Part shown: positions 1 through 9,249 of the stretch, piece by piece
Numbering within the stretch: the first letter of the stretch is position 1
Layout of the letters: every line of letters begins with the position of its first letter
Origin: a virus
Taxonomy: Duplodnaviria > Caudoviricetes
DNA length: 27,383 nt
Strand: one strand, 5' to 3'
IMG/VR virus record: IMGVR_UViG_3300022178_004253
Span: 1 to 27,383 of that record
The notes under the pieces: model-generated
Told to the model about the DNA's origin: nothing
The model's database searches: none
What the model saw: only the letters and a program-made list of their open reading frames with translations
Position numbers and translations under genes: made by a program

Positions 1-2
1 AC

Positions 3-287
3 ATAGACGCTAAGGCAAAGGTTAGAAATACAGGGTACCCAATCCAGATTGACTTCACAGGAGCAGAGGCTCCCGACGATATCAACGAGGACCAGGACTA
101 CGACCTGTATAAGATTACTCTATCGGGAGGAGAGAATGTAAAAGACCTTCCCAAGCAATTTACCCAGGCAGCACTTATGCTCGTGGCGCACTATGATTCG
201 CACCGGGAGGCTGAGTATGTAGGAGGTATCACCACGGAAATCAAAGAGGGCGTCCAGCGGTTGCTGGGCTCCGTAAGACGATACTGA
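3..287 (+). CDS. Head-tail connector (HK97 gp6/SPP1 gp15-like), 5'-truncated
   Basis: Manual translation of frame 3 is open to TGA 285-287: ...DLPKQFTQAALMLVAHYDSHREAEYVGG...EGVQRLLGSVRRY*, the typical gp6-like C-terminus. The stop overlaps the next ATG. Confidence 0.8.
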   Translation: MDAKAKVRNTGYPIQIDFTGAEAPDDINEDQDYDLYKITLSGGENVKDLPKQFTQAALMLVAHYDSHREAEYVGGITTEIKEGVQRLLGSVRRY

Positions 288-1690
288 TGGCGATACTTAC
301 TCCAGGCAGCATGAAGAACAAGATTTCCTTCTACAGGGAATCAATGACCGTTAGTAGCGGAGGAGAGAAGATCAAAGTCGTGTCTTTGGTCAAGCAAGAC
401 GTAGGCGCTGAGTTTAAGTACATAGGTACACCATCAGCAGGAGCGTCGGAGGATCAGATCCAAGATCAGCGCACAGGTAAGATCAAAGCGGAGATTCGCT
501 GTAGGTACTTTAAGGGTGTTAAGTTTGAGGACCTCATCTACTTTGAGGGAGGTAAGTTTCGGATCTACTCTATACAGTATGAAGGGCGGCACGAGGTACT
601 GAAGCTTCGGGCCGAGCTCCGAGACGATGACACTTTTTTCGGACTACCGAACGAGGACTATGAATTCATAACAGCTTACGACTCTGATCATACCAGAACG
701 TCTGCTGATTTTAAGGTCATAGAGAACGCTCCGTTTCCTAAGCAGTCAGGCGGTAACTACGTGTTTGGATCTGCGGCTACACTCACGATTGGTGACGGGG
801 CTGCTTCTCAAGAGTCCTCAAACATAACGAGCGTGCAAGAAAGGTTCCCGTACACTGTTGCAGGAGACTTGGCTATTCCCGCTGACGGGAAGATAAGGGG
901 CTACACGTCTGCCTGGTACAATATGTACCCAAGCAACGCCTCTCCTTACGCTAGGTTAGAGGTAGGTGGAGTATCTTTGTTTACAGGTACAGATATATTG
1001 ATCGGTGCCGGGACTGCCTCTGCTACTACGGACACAAACGGGAACAAGTTCTACAAAGCAACCACGGCCAACTGGTCTGATGTGGATGCTGCTCAGTACA
1101 GCACTCCTTACGGAGACACTCAGGGATTTCTTTACTACAGGTTAACACCGATTGGACCTATTGCAAATTATCTCAGCACCTTAAACTCTAGGGACAGTGA
1201 GAACTCAGTGACTAGAACAGCGGGTGGTTCTGTTTACTCAGAATACGGACACCCTGTAACGGTTACCAATAAGTCTCTCTCTTTTCCTACCGACATCACG
1301 GCCAGGACGTTTCGTCAGGGAGGTCAGTTGAGCGGTCGTGTTTCCACAAACAGCCAAGAAGACATCCTCACATCCTTTTCCAAGGAGAAGCCAAAAACAG
1401 GGAACGTTCGTGTAACGGACTCTACTGGCGGTCTAAGGATAAGCGTAATAAACTCCGCCGTTGTGACCAAGGCGGACGGAACAACGGAGGACGTTGCTGC
1501 CACTTTTGAGATCGCTTCAGGGTCGGGACCAGCAGGGATTTCTTTCGCTGCATCGCAAACGCTTTTAGTGGACCACAAGGGAGGATCAATTACTTTTAAT
1601 GTAGACTTCTCTCCAAACACAACCGCTGGAACGCATTCTGAAAACACGGAATCTGCGACAGGTGTTAACCTAACTTATAAACTGGTATAA
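287..1690 (+). CDS. Head-closure (SPP1 gp16-like) domain fused to a ~350-aa beta-rich extension
   Basis: First ~112 aa (GSMKNKISF...IRCRY...LIYFEGGKFRIYSI...LKLRAE) fit head-closure proteins, and the position after the connector agrees. The remainder is S/T/G-rich and unassigned. Confidence 0.65.
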   Translation: MAILTPGSMKNKISFYRESMTVSSGGEKIKVVSLVKQDVGAEFKYIGTPSAGASEDQIQDQRTGKIKAEIRCRYFKGVKFEDLIYFEGGKFRIYSIQYEGRHEVLKLRAELRDDDTFFGLPNEDYEFITAYDSDHTRTSADFKVIENAPFPKQSGGNYVFGSAATLTIGDGAASQESSNITSVQERFPYTVAGDLAIPADGKIRGYTSAWYNMYPSNASPYARLEVGGVSLFTGTDILIGAGTASATTDTNGNKFYKATTANWSDVDAAQYSTPYGDTQGFLYYRLTPIGPIANYLSTLNSRDSENSVTRTAGGSVYSEYGHPVTVTNKSLSFPTDITARTFRQGGQLSGRVSTNSQEDILTSFSKEKPKTGNVRVTDSTGGLRISVINSAVVTKADGTTEDVAATFEIASGSGPAGISFAASQTLLVDHKGGSITFNVDFSPNTTAGTHSENTESATGVNLTYKLV

Positions 1691-2142
1691 TGGGAGTAAA
1701 GCTTAAGATACCAGCCTCGGAATTAAAAAAACTAGACAGAGCTATAAGGGATTTTGGCGAAGGTTTAGAGAAAAGCTCCGTTGAGAGAGAGTTTGACAAA
1801 GCCTTAAGGCGTTCTGCTACTCCGTGGCAAAACGCTTTAAACAGAGGACAGATGTATAAAAAGCTGGAAAGAAATACAGGCGGCTTTGACAAACCAATGG
1901 GCAACACGAAAATAAAAGGTAAGTCAAAAAAAGTTTACGGAAGAAGAGTTGGTCCTAAAATGAAAGGCAAGTCTGCTGGTTGGAGGGCTCACTTTTTTGC
2001 ATCTCCAGCAAGACAAATACGCCCAGGAAAAAGAATTAACTTCTATGGCCTTTTTCAAAAAAAGAACAGAGAAGTTGTAGGTAAATTAAACAAAGAAATA
2101 GTCCTGATTTTGGACAAACTAGCAAACAAAACTTTTAAATAA
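1690..2142 (+). CDS. HK97 gp10-like tail completion protein
   Basis: Basic 150-aa protein with a TG...VGP...GWRAHF pattern, in the canonical neck position. Confidence 0.55.
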   Translation: MGVKLKIPASELKKLDRAIRDFGEGLEKSSVEREFDKALRRSATPWQNALNRGQMYKKLERNTGGFDKPMGNTKIKGKSKKVYGRRVGPKMKGKSAGWRAHFFASPARQIRPGKRINFYGLFQKKNREVVGKLNKEIVLILDKLANKTFK

Positions 2143-2148
2143 TCAATC

Positions 2149-2784
2149 ATGGCTACAGTAGCATCAAATCAATTAGGCGTTTACGCCATCGACGGGGGAT
2201 CGACTTCTCCTCTAACAGTTTCAGTATCGGCTGTAACCGACGCCAACCCAGCCGGAACCACCAGTGGAGACAATGTGATCTGCATTGACTCCAATGGAGA
2301 ATTTGTGGGTTTTGCAACGGCGGGAGGTAGTAATATGACAGCGCTTGCTGTTACAGGAGCGCACCTTTGTGCGGCTGCAACTACTACAACCCTAGACGCT
2401 TCAAACACTATCAATGAGGTTGCAGCACGTAACGGCACTGGTGGATCAACCAACTATATCGCTTCAGGCGCGTTCTCATGGAACTTCTCAGTAGACGGTC
2501 TTATCGACTTAACAGGAGAGGCAAACGCCGGCGACGGGGAAACAGGAACTCCCATCACGATTGTGGATTTGGCGAAGGCTTCAAAGTACGTGTTGGTACG
2601 GTTTACCACTAAAATTGGAGCAGAGGCAGCGGGTGGAATCGGTTTAGGAGATGACGCTGGTGTTGTTTCTTACGTAGGCCAGGCGCTTATTGAATCAGCG
2701 TCACTGACTGGTGGTGTAGACGATATCGCGACATACAGCGCAACTTTCCGTGGATACGGAGACTTGTACAAGGAGATTGCCTAA
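2149..2784 (+). CDS. Major tail tube protein (TP901-1/Phage_tail_2-like)
   Basis: SGAFSWNFSVDGL and YVGQALIESASLTGGVDDIATYSATFRGYGDL motifs; precedes chaperone and tape measure. Confidence 0.85.
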   Translation: MATVASNQLGVYAIDGGSTSPLTVSVSAVTDANPAGTTSGDNVICIDSNGEFVGFATAGGSNMTALAVTGAHLCAAATTTTLDASNTINEVAARNGTGGSTNYIASGAFSWNFSVDGLIDLTGEANAGDGETGTPITIVDLAKASKYVLVRFTTKIGAEAAGGIGLGDDAGVVSYVGQALIESASLTGGVDDIATYSATFRGYGDLYKEIA

Positions 2785-2800
2785 TAATTAGGTCTTTCAT

Positions 2801-2834
2801 AGGGCGGCATGAAAGTCGTGTCGCCCTCTTTTTT
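2801..2834 (+). terminator. Rho-independent terminator after the tail tube gene
   Basis: AGGGCGGCATGA-aag-TCGTGTCGCCCT forms a 12-bp stem (two G-U pairs) followed by CTTTTTT. Confidence 0.75.
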
Positions 2835-2848
2835 ATTTAATCAACCAC

Positions 2849-3181
2849 ATGGATTTATCAAACAACTTTCGAGGGGAGTTTAAGGTTACCTTTAAGAAGA
2901 AGGAACACGACGCCCTGTTCACAATGAATGCGTTAAGGCTTCTTTTAAAGAACGAAAAAACTAAATTAGAATCATTCGATGAATGGGTATCTTCTGATCC
3001 TCTTACTTCGATTCCCTTAATTGGTTATTACAGCGTTTTAAATAGTTGTGTTTATGCAGGAAAAAAGTTTTCTGCGAACAAAGAGGTTTTCATTGCGGAA
3101 ATCCTTGACTCTGGTCAGCTAGAACTTATATCTGAAGCTATGGCTTCGGCAATGCAGGTTTCTGACGAGGGAAAAAAGTAA
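2849..3181 (+). CDS. Tail assembly chaperone (gpG-like)
   Basis: Lies between tail tube and tape measure; ends ...DEGKK* over a slippery sequence. Confidence 0.8.
   Translation: MDLSNNFRGEFKVTFKKKEHDALFTMNALRLLLKNEKTKLESFDEWVSSDPLTSIPLIGYYSVLNSCVYAGKKFSANKEVFIAEILDSGQLELISEAMASAMQVSDEGKK
3169..3178 (+). other. Programmed -1 frameshift site GGGAAAAAAG
   Basis: In-frame G GGA AAA and A AAA AAG heptamers immediately before TAA; the -1 frame is open to 3492. Confidence 0.8.
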
Positions 3182-3492
3182 CGGATGAGGAAGATTTAGA
3201 GACACCTAGCCTAAAAGATCTTTACTTTAGAGCTCTTAAGGCTGGTGTTTCTCATGAATCCTTTTGGACAATGACTTTAGCCGAAGTCTCTTCCGTTTGT
3301 AGTGGCTACTTAATGAGGGATGAGTTAATGTGGAATCATACATCTTCAATGATGTGTCTTACCGCAAACATAAATGCCGCAAAAGGAAAGAAGTTTGAGC
3401 CCAAAGACTTTAATCCTTACAGCGAGCACCATAAAAAACTACCAACTAAAAAAGAAGCAGAAATGCTTTACGAAACTTTTAAATCATTCTGA
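3178..3492 (+). CDS. gpT-like C-terminal part of the frameshifted tail chaperone (G-T fusion, ~214 aa)
   Basis: -1 frame reads VTDEEDLETPSLKDLYFRALKAGVSHESFWTMTLAEV... and is continuous with ORF 3271..3492; FWxMT motif is typical. Confidence 0.75.
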   Translation, partial: VTDEEDLETPSLKDLYFRALKAGVSHESFWTMTLAEVSSVCSGYLMRDELMWNHTSSMMCLTANINAAKGKKFEPKDFNPYSEHHKKLPTKKEAEMLYETFKSF

Positions 3493-6098
3493 TGGCAGCA
3501 CAAACAACAGTAACGGCTAAGATACTTGCGGATGTATCGGACTTTTCAAAAGGAATGAAAAGAGCGGGATCGTCTTTGCAAAAGTTTTCGTCTGCCGCAA
3601 CGAAGGCTGGAAGAGATATAACGACATCGATATCAGCGCCTCTTATACTCTTAGGAAGAGAGGCTTTAAAAGTTGCCAGTAGCTTTGACTTGGCCCAAAG
3701 AAAAATACAGGGTATTCGAGGGGCAGACGCGCCAATTAAGAAACTGGTAAGCACAGCCAGGGAGCTTGGTGCTAGCACGATCTTTACAGCAGAGGAGGTT
3801 AGTAACCTTCAACTCTCTCTAGCGAAACTTGGAAAGAGCGACAATGAAATACTGGCTCTTCAGGGTTCTATTTTAAAACTCGCTCAAGCCATGGACATGG
3901 ACCTGGCTGAAGCGGGAGAATTGGTCGTTAAGAACCAGAACAGGTTTAGAGATTCCCTTAAAGCTGTGGGAACCGACCTGGAACAAGCTTCGTTTATAAC
4001 GAACGTCTTTACAAAAGCCACTCAGTCGTCGCTCCTAACGTCTGAGAGCCTGGCAACCGCATTAAATTATTCTGGATCAGAGGCAGCAGCCTACGGCCTT
4101 ACACTTACAGACACGGCAGCCATACTTGGCTTGCTTGCAGATAATGGTTTTGAAGCAAGCAGGGGTGGTACTACATTTAGACGCATATTGGGCCAGCTTG
4201 CAAAAGACGGTCTTAGTGCAGAACAAGCAATTACCGCGTTGTTTAGTTCTACAAAAGGTTATGCAGCAGAACTTGAGCAGTTTGGTTTAAGAGGAGCGGG
4301 TGGGCGTAAGGTTTTGGCCGATCTCCTTCCTCAGTTTCAAGAGCTAAAAGAGGCTCTAGAAAATTCAGAAGGGACTGTAGATAAGTTTGCTTCCGCAATG
4401 GACGAGTCTTTGTTTGCTGTTTTTAAAAGGTTGATATCTGCTCTTTCTGACTTTGCAATTGAGCTAGAAGAGCTTTTTGGAAAACAACTAAAAGAATTTA
4501 TAAACGGAATTACTGACTTTGTTAGAGGGCTATCTGAAATGGATTCTCAGGTAAAACGAAACATAGCGATAACGCTTGCTTTTTTCGCTGCTCTTGGCCC
4601 TCTTTTGTTAATCATAGGTGGTCTTACTTCTGCTGCTGGGTTTTTTGTTAGCGCAATAGCAGGGCTTGGTTTTAAAGTGTTAAGAGTAAGGGTTTTCTTT
4701 AGACAACTGGCCATGGAGCTCGGTTTTGTCGCCAGCTCTTTTGGCGCTCAAACATCTGCCGCTATAGCGTCTAAGGTCGCTACAAATGCAGCGGGAGTGG
4801 CTGCCGTAAAAACAACAACAAGGTTTAAACTTTTTAGTAAAGCGTTAAGGGGTTCGGCTATTATATTCGCCCTTGAAGGAATACTCGCTTTAATAGATAA
4901 AATCAATAGGGCCTTAAATGTTGATGAAGAAATGGCCGTGGCGTCGGCAAAAGACGCAGCTCTTCAACTTGAGGTAAAGGCAGAGGTAAAAGCTCTAGAT
5001 GACCTAGACATGACCGAAGTCGAAAAACGGGTCAGAGAGGGTGCTGCTAAATTAACGCTGGACTTCAGGGACGGCATAACACCCGTGCCTGTTGATAAGA
5101 TAGCTGAGAGGTTGGTTCCGCTAGGTGTTGCTGAGGCGATTCAAAAAAGAGCAGATGAAATAATAAACTCAGGAGTAAATCTGTTTGGGGGAGATCCTTT
5201 TACAATAGCCATAAACCAATACTTTGCCGCCTTAGCAAAAAAGCGAAAAGAAGATGAGATTCAAAATAAGATAGACGAGGGCAGCATAAGTAATATTGCT
5301 AAATTAGTTAAAGAGTATTCTAGTTTAAAAAACCAACTCCTTGACCTTAAAAAAGCAGGACTTCGAGGAGAAGACGTTGACTTCAACGCCCTGGATGAGC
5401 TAGAGAATAAGTACGAAGAGATAGGAAAAAAGCTAAAAGCGTTAGGGGTTTCAGGAGTAGAGGCAGCCGATGATCTTTTAAAAGTTCCTGAGTCTTTGGA
5501 CAGGCTTGATTCCGCAGGCAAAAAAGTAAGCGATACAATAGAAGTCCTTACCGACGAGGAAAGGACCAAAAGGATGGACGCGGCTTTTGCTGGAATGATA
5601 GACCCGATGAGAGGCTTGAAGACCGGAGCAAATGAAGCCCATGAAGCCATACAGGAGATAATAGAGCAACTTGAAGAAGGAGAATTACTTGCTAATATTC
5701 AAGAGATAGAGGGTGTTGTGTTCAGTATTGGTGATTTGTTTTCGAAAGCATTTGAAACGGCGCTTAAAGGAACCGAGTCGTTGGGTAAAGCTATAAAAAC
5801 AACGCTAATTGACGCAATCAAATCTTTGATCGCAAAACTAGCGGGACTGGCTGTAGCCTGGGGTCTTGTCGCTCTTTTCGCAACCATAGCAACAGGAGGA
5901 AGTAATCTTCAAATGGCGGCGGAAAACATCAAAAGTGCTGGGTTTGGAAACTTTATGCTACAAGGCATGGGCGTAGGGTCTTTTAACACAAAGTCTGGTA
6001 GAGAAAACAATCTAAGAGTAGAAGGCGTTCTTAGTGGGTCTGACGTAGTTTTAGGGTCCCGCCGAGGGGTAACCGCATTAGATAGAGTCTATGGCTAG
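3492..6098 (+). CDS. Tail tape measure protein (TP901 family)
   Basis: 868 aa, helical and Ala/Leu-rich; ARELGASTIFTAEEV and LGLLADNGFEASRGGT core motifs; hydrophobic segments. Confidence 0.92.
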   Translation: MAAQTTVTAKILADVSDFSKGMKRAGSSLQKFSSAATKAGRDITTSISAPLILLGREALKVASSFDLAQRKIQGIRGADAPIKKLVSTARELGASTIFTAEEVSNLQLSLAKLGKSDNEILALQGSILKLAQAMDMDLAEAGELVVKNQNRFRDSLKAVGTDLEQASFITNVFTKATQSSLLTSESLATALNYSGSEAAAYGLTLTDTAAILGLLADNGFEASRGGTTFRRILGQLAKDGLSAEQAITALFSSTKGYAAELEQFGLRGAGGRKVLADLLPQFQELKEALENSEGTVDKFASAMDESLFAVFKRLISALSDFAIELEELFGKQLKEFINGITDFVRGLSEMDSQVKRNIAITLAFFAALGPLLLIIGGLTSAAGFFVSAIAGLGFKVLRVRVFFRQLAMELGFVASSFGAQTSAAIASKVATNAAGVAAVKTTTRFKLFSKALRGSAIIFALEGILALIDKINRALNVDEEMAVASAKDAALQLEVKAEVKALDDLDMTEVEKRVREGAAKLTLDFRDGITPVPVDKIAERLVPLGVAEAIQKRADEIINSGVNLFGGDPFTIAINQYFAALAKKRKEDEIQNKIDEGSISNIAKLVKEYSSLKNQLLDLKKAGLRGEDVDFNALDELENKYEEIGKKLKALGVSGVEAADDLLKVPESLDRLDSAGKKVSDTIEVLTDEERTKRMDAAFAGMIDPMRGLKTGANEAHEAIQEIIEQLEEGELLANIQEIEGVVFSIGDLFSKAFETALKGTESLGKAIKTTLIDAIKSLIAKLAGLAVAWGLVALFATIATGGSNLQMAAENIKSAGFGNFMLQGMGVGSFNTKSGRENNLRVEGVLSGSDVVLGSRRGVTALDRVYG

Positions 6099-9000
6099 AA
6101 AGATAGTAAACACGACGTATAAGGTAGTAGATGGCTTTTCCTATCGGATAGAGATCTGGGACAACACGATTGTAGGTCAAGGGGCTTTTGTTCCTTTTTC
6201 AGACATGGAAATTGCTGATCCAGGCTTTGTTATTGATTGGAAGGGCTCGGTTGACGATGTGTTGCAATCGATTATGTCGTCCTCCATGAAGTTCTCTGCC
6301 TACCTAACAGAAACCCAAAGGGATAACATAACCGTCCCTTGTTTTGCGGACGAAGAATTTAGCATGTTTGTCAGACTGTATCGTCAGACATCTACACAGG
6401 ACACGCTTGAGTGGGCAGGTGTAATTCACCCAGAAGAGACTACAGAGCAGGTGGGTGACGGGTACATAATCACTACGTTTACGGCAAGCGACGGCCTTGC
6501 CGCGCTAAAAAACATTGACTTTAAAGAGACAAATGGAGATCTTTATTCTGGAGAGCAAAACCTAACGTATTGGCTGCAAGAAGTCATTAGAAAAGTTCCT
6601 CATTGGTCAGTCATTGACGACTACTTAAAAGGGGGTCAATCTGACGGAAGTCATGACTATCCACAGCTCACAGAGCACAGGTTAGTGAGACCTGTAAACG
6701 ACACGTACAACACATTCCCGTCTAATGACGCTGTTTTAAATCATTATTGGCTTCGAGCGGAGTCTTTTTACATACGCCCTAAACCAAGCAAGGCAAGGGG
6801 TGGTGAGTTTGAAAGAAAAAGAGCATTCCGTAGAGATGGGTTTGTCTCTACATACGAAGTACTGCAAGACATATGCTCGTCATTGGGTGCTACTTTTTGT
6901 TTTTCAGAAGGTAGGTTTCACATATTTGATCGTGAACGCATAATTAATGGTGACGACGACACTATAGGGTACTTTAATTGGCAACTTAACGCGGATGGAT
7001 CTCAAAGCCATTCTGTTTTGTTTAATTCAAATGGATCAGACGAAACCAGCGACCTTCAAGTCACTTATTTAGACCATATTGGGGCCAATTTTTTGGAAGG
7101 GGCTGCTCGCGCAGGTGTTTACTCAATAGAGTCTTTCGCTCAAACACACGAGGGGGCTGGTAGTGATTTGGTTTTTCGATCAGGAATAGGGTATGATGGC
7201 CCTGATTTAGAAACCTACCTACACAGGGTCGATCATTTTACAGGTAATACAGATGAGCTAAGCGCCATTACATTTAGCAACTCCTACAGTAATGTGCCTA
7301 CTAATGGAGTTATAGACGACGTTTCAATGCCCACTGGAGACGCGGGAGGTAAGTTTAGACTACACTTCTCAGGAGACACTACCTATGAAAACTCAGGCTC
7401 TGGGTACGAGAATCACAACATTGGAAACATAGTTGTTCTTCGCATGGACATAAGGGTGTATGATGGAACCTACTGGTTTAGATTGAGAAGACGAGTAAGG
7501 ACCTTGAAACACATATCAGATGGATCTACGATTCAAATGGATGTTCCTAACACTACAGAGGATTATTTGCCTAAGACTTACGAACAGTACTCGTGGATAA
7601 GAGATGACGAGTCAAATTATGACAAGGCTTTTTTAGAAATAATGATCGGTTCAGATCCGAGTATTTTAACGGATGAAAACGCAGGAGAAACAGAAGAAAT
7701 ACTTCAGGACTGGGAATTTAGCTACGTCTTCCATTCGCCTCCCCTTACAAAACAAGATGGAGAAGATTCAAACGCTTTAGTTGAGGATTTGTCAAGAAAT
7801 CATTTTATATACAGATTTGACGAAGAAGTGTTGACGCCTACCATTGCCCAAGGAGCCACAGGGACATTTGACAAGATTCAAATAAGCCCCAACCTACGAC
7901 TTTACGAAATTGGGCATGGCTTTAATCATCATCCGCTTTTAAACTCTTCAGGAGACCCTATTGACGTAGGAAATGACTTCGGCTCATCATCTTGGCCTCT
8001 TGCAACGAAAAGCAGCGCTTCTGCAACAGACGGTCTTTACAGCGAATTTGACTCTGTAATTAGATCATTTCAGCTCTCAGGCATAGAGTTGTATTTGGGC
8101 GACGGTACAGAGAATTACGACGCCAGGTATGTTTCTCATAGTCAGTACGCTTACGGTTCAGAGCAGGAAAGATTAAGACCTACGGCTTTTGGTGCTTCTT
8201 ATGAAAACTCAGGCAATCGAACCTTTGGAAGGTATCGCGCCACACATCCTAGTGACAGTTCTTTGTCAAGAGAGGATAACCTTAAGTTTCATCCTGACGG
8301 TTTTACTACGTCGGACATGTCTTACTCAAACATGTACACTTCTTTAGGGTTATACACTACGGGTAGAGCCTTGAATATCAGAGGCAAGAACAGACAGTCC
8401 ATATCGGGAACCATTATAAGAGGACGGCTAGACCCTAGTGTTCAGTTTTCAGATGTATGCAGGCCATACAAGAAGTTTAAAACATCAAAGGTTTCTGCTG
8501 GTGAGGAACTTTTTCTTCCTCATTCAATAACTTTACAGTTCAAGGATCACGCACAAAAAGTGGAAGCTCTGCGATGTGGGTACTCATCTGAGCTAGTAAT
8601 AGAACAGGACCAAGACGACACGGGAAGAAATCCTAACAGACCTCCCGGATCTGGAAACGGAGGCTTCACTCCTGGGGGAGGTGTTAATCATGTGTTTCAG
8701 AAAAACAACCAGCTTGAATCTCAAGTCACCACTAACATATCTAACATTTCGTCAAACACTACAGACATATCTGACATTGAGACGGATCTGACAAACATCA
8801 CTAATGTTTTAAAAACTACCTTCAACAATGATGGAGCTGGGGTGTATGCAGACAGCTCTAAGTCTACAACGGCTAGTCATATGTCTTTAACAACCACCAC
8901 TGCCAAGGTTCAAGCAGGGGGAGGGAACACGGCCATCACGCTTTCAGAAACGAGCCCAGGCAACATAGACATGAATGTTCAGGTTGGCCCTGCGGGGTAC

Positions 9001-9246
9001 GAGGTTAGTCGAACAGCCATTCAGTTACAAGGAACAGCGGGCAGCCAGCTTCCAAACGTGATTATAAACGGGAGCTTAAGCGGCGTTGACATTGGTGACC
9101 TAGACGACGTGACAACAAGTGGAGTGCAAAACGACCAGGTTTTAGCCTGGAACGGATCTAATTTTGTCCCAGTTGATCAAACCGGAGGCTCTGGAGCAGG
9201 AGACACCACAGAACTTGAGTTAAAAACGATATTTTTAGAACAGTAA
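6091..9246 (+). CDS. Large tail-tip/baseplate protein
   Basis: 1051 aa directly after tape measure; FTASDGLAALKNIDF and LQDICSSLGATF hub-like segments; C-terminal coiled coil and fibre-type motif. Confidence 0.65.
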   Translation: MARKIVNTTYKVVDGFSYRIEIWDNTIVGQGAFVPFSDMEIADPGFVIDWKGSVDDVLQSIMSSSMKFSAYLTETQRDNITVPCFADEEFSMFVRLYRQTSTQDTLEWAGVIHPEETTEQVGDGYIITTFTASDGLAALKNIDFKETNGDLYSGEQNLTYWLQEVIRKVPHWSVIDDYLKGGQSDGSHDYPQLTEHRLVRPVNDTYNTFPSNDAVLNHYWLRAESFYIRPKPSKARGGEFERKRAFRRDGFVSTYEVLQDICSSLGATFCFSEGRFHIFDRERIINGDDDTIGYFNWQLNADGSQSHSVLFNSNGSDETSDLQVTYLDHIGANFLEGAARAGVYSIESFAQTHEGAGSDLVFRSGIGYDGPDLETYLHRVDHFTGNTDELSAITFSNSYSNVPTNGVIDDVSMPTGDAGGKFRLHFSGDTTYENSGSGYENHNIGNIVVLRMDIRVYDGTYWFRLRRRVRTLKHISDGSTIQMDVPNTTEDYLPKTYEQYSWIRDDESNYDKAFLEIMIGSDPSILTDENAGETEEILQDWEFSYVFHSPPLTKQDGEDSNALVEDLSRNHFIYRFDEEVLTPTIAQGATGTFDKIQISPNLRLYEIGHGFNHHPLLNSSGDPIDVGNDFGSSSWPLATKSSASATDGLYSEFDSVIRSFQLSGIELYLGDGTENYDARYVSHSQYAYGSEQERLRPTAFGASYENSGNRTFGRYRATHPSDSSLSREDNLKFHPDGFTTSDMSYSNMYTSLGLYTTGRALNIRGKNRQSISGTIIRGRLDPSVQFSDVCRPYKKFKTSKVSAGEELFLPHSITLQFKDHAQKVEALRCGYSSELVIEQDQDDTGRNPNRPPGSGNGGFTPGGGVNHVFQKNNQLESQVTTNISNISSNTTDISDIETDLTNITNVLKTTFNNDGAGVYADSSKSTTASHMSLTTTTAKVQAGGGNTAITLSETSPGNIDMNVQVGPAGYEVSRTAIQLQGTAGSQLPNVIINGSLSGVDIGDLDDVTTSGVQNDQVLAWNGSNFVPVDQTGGSGAGDTTELELKTIFLEQ

Positions 9247-9249
9247 GCC

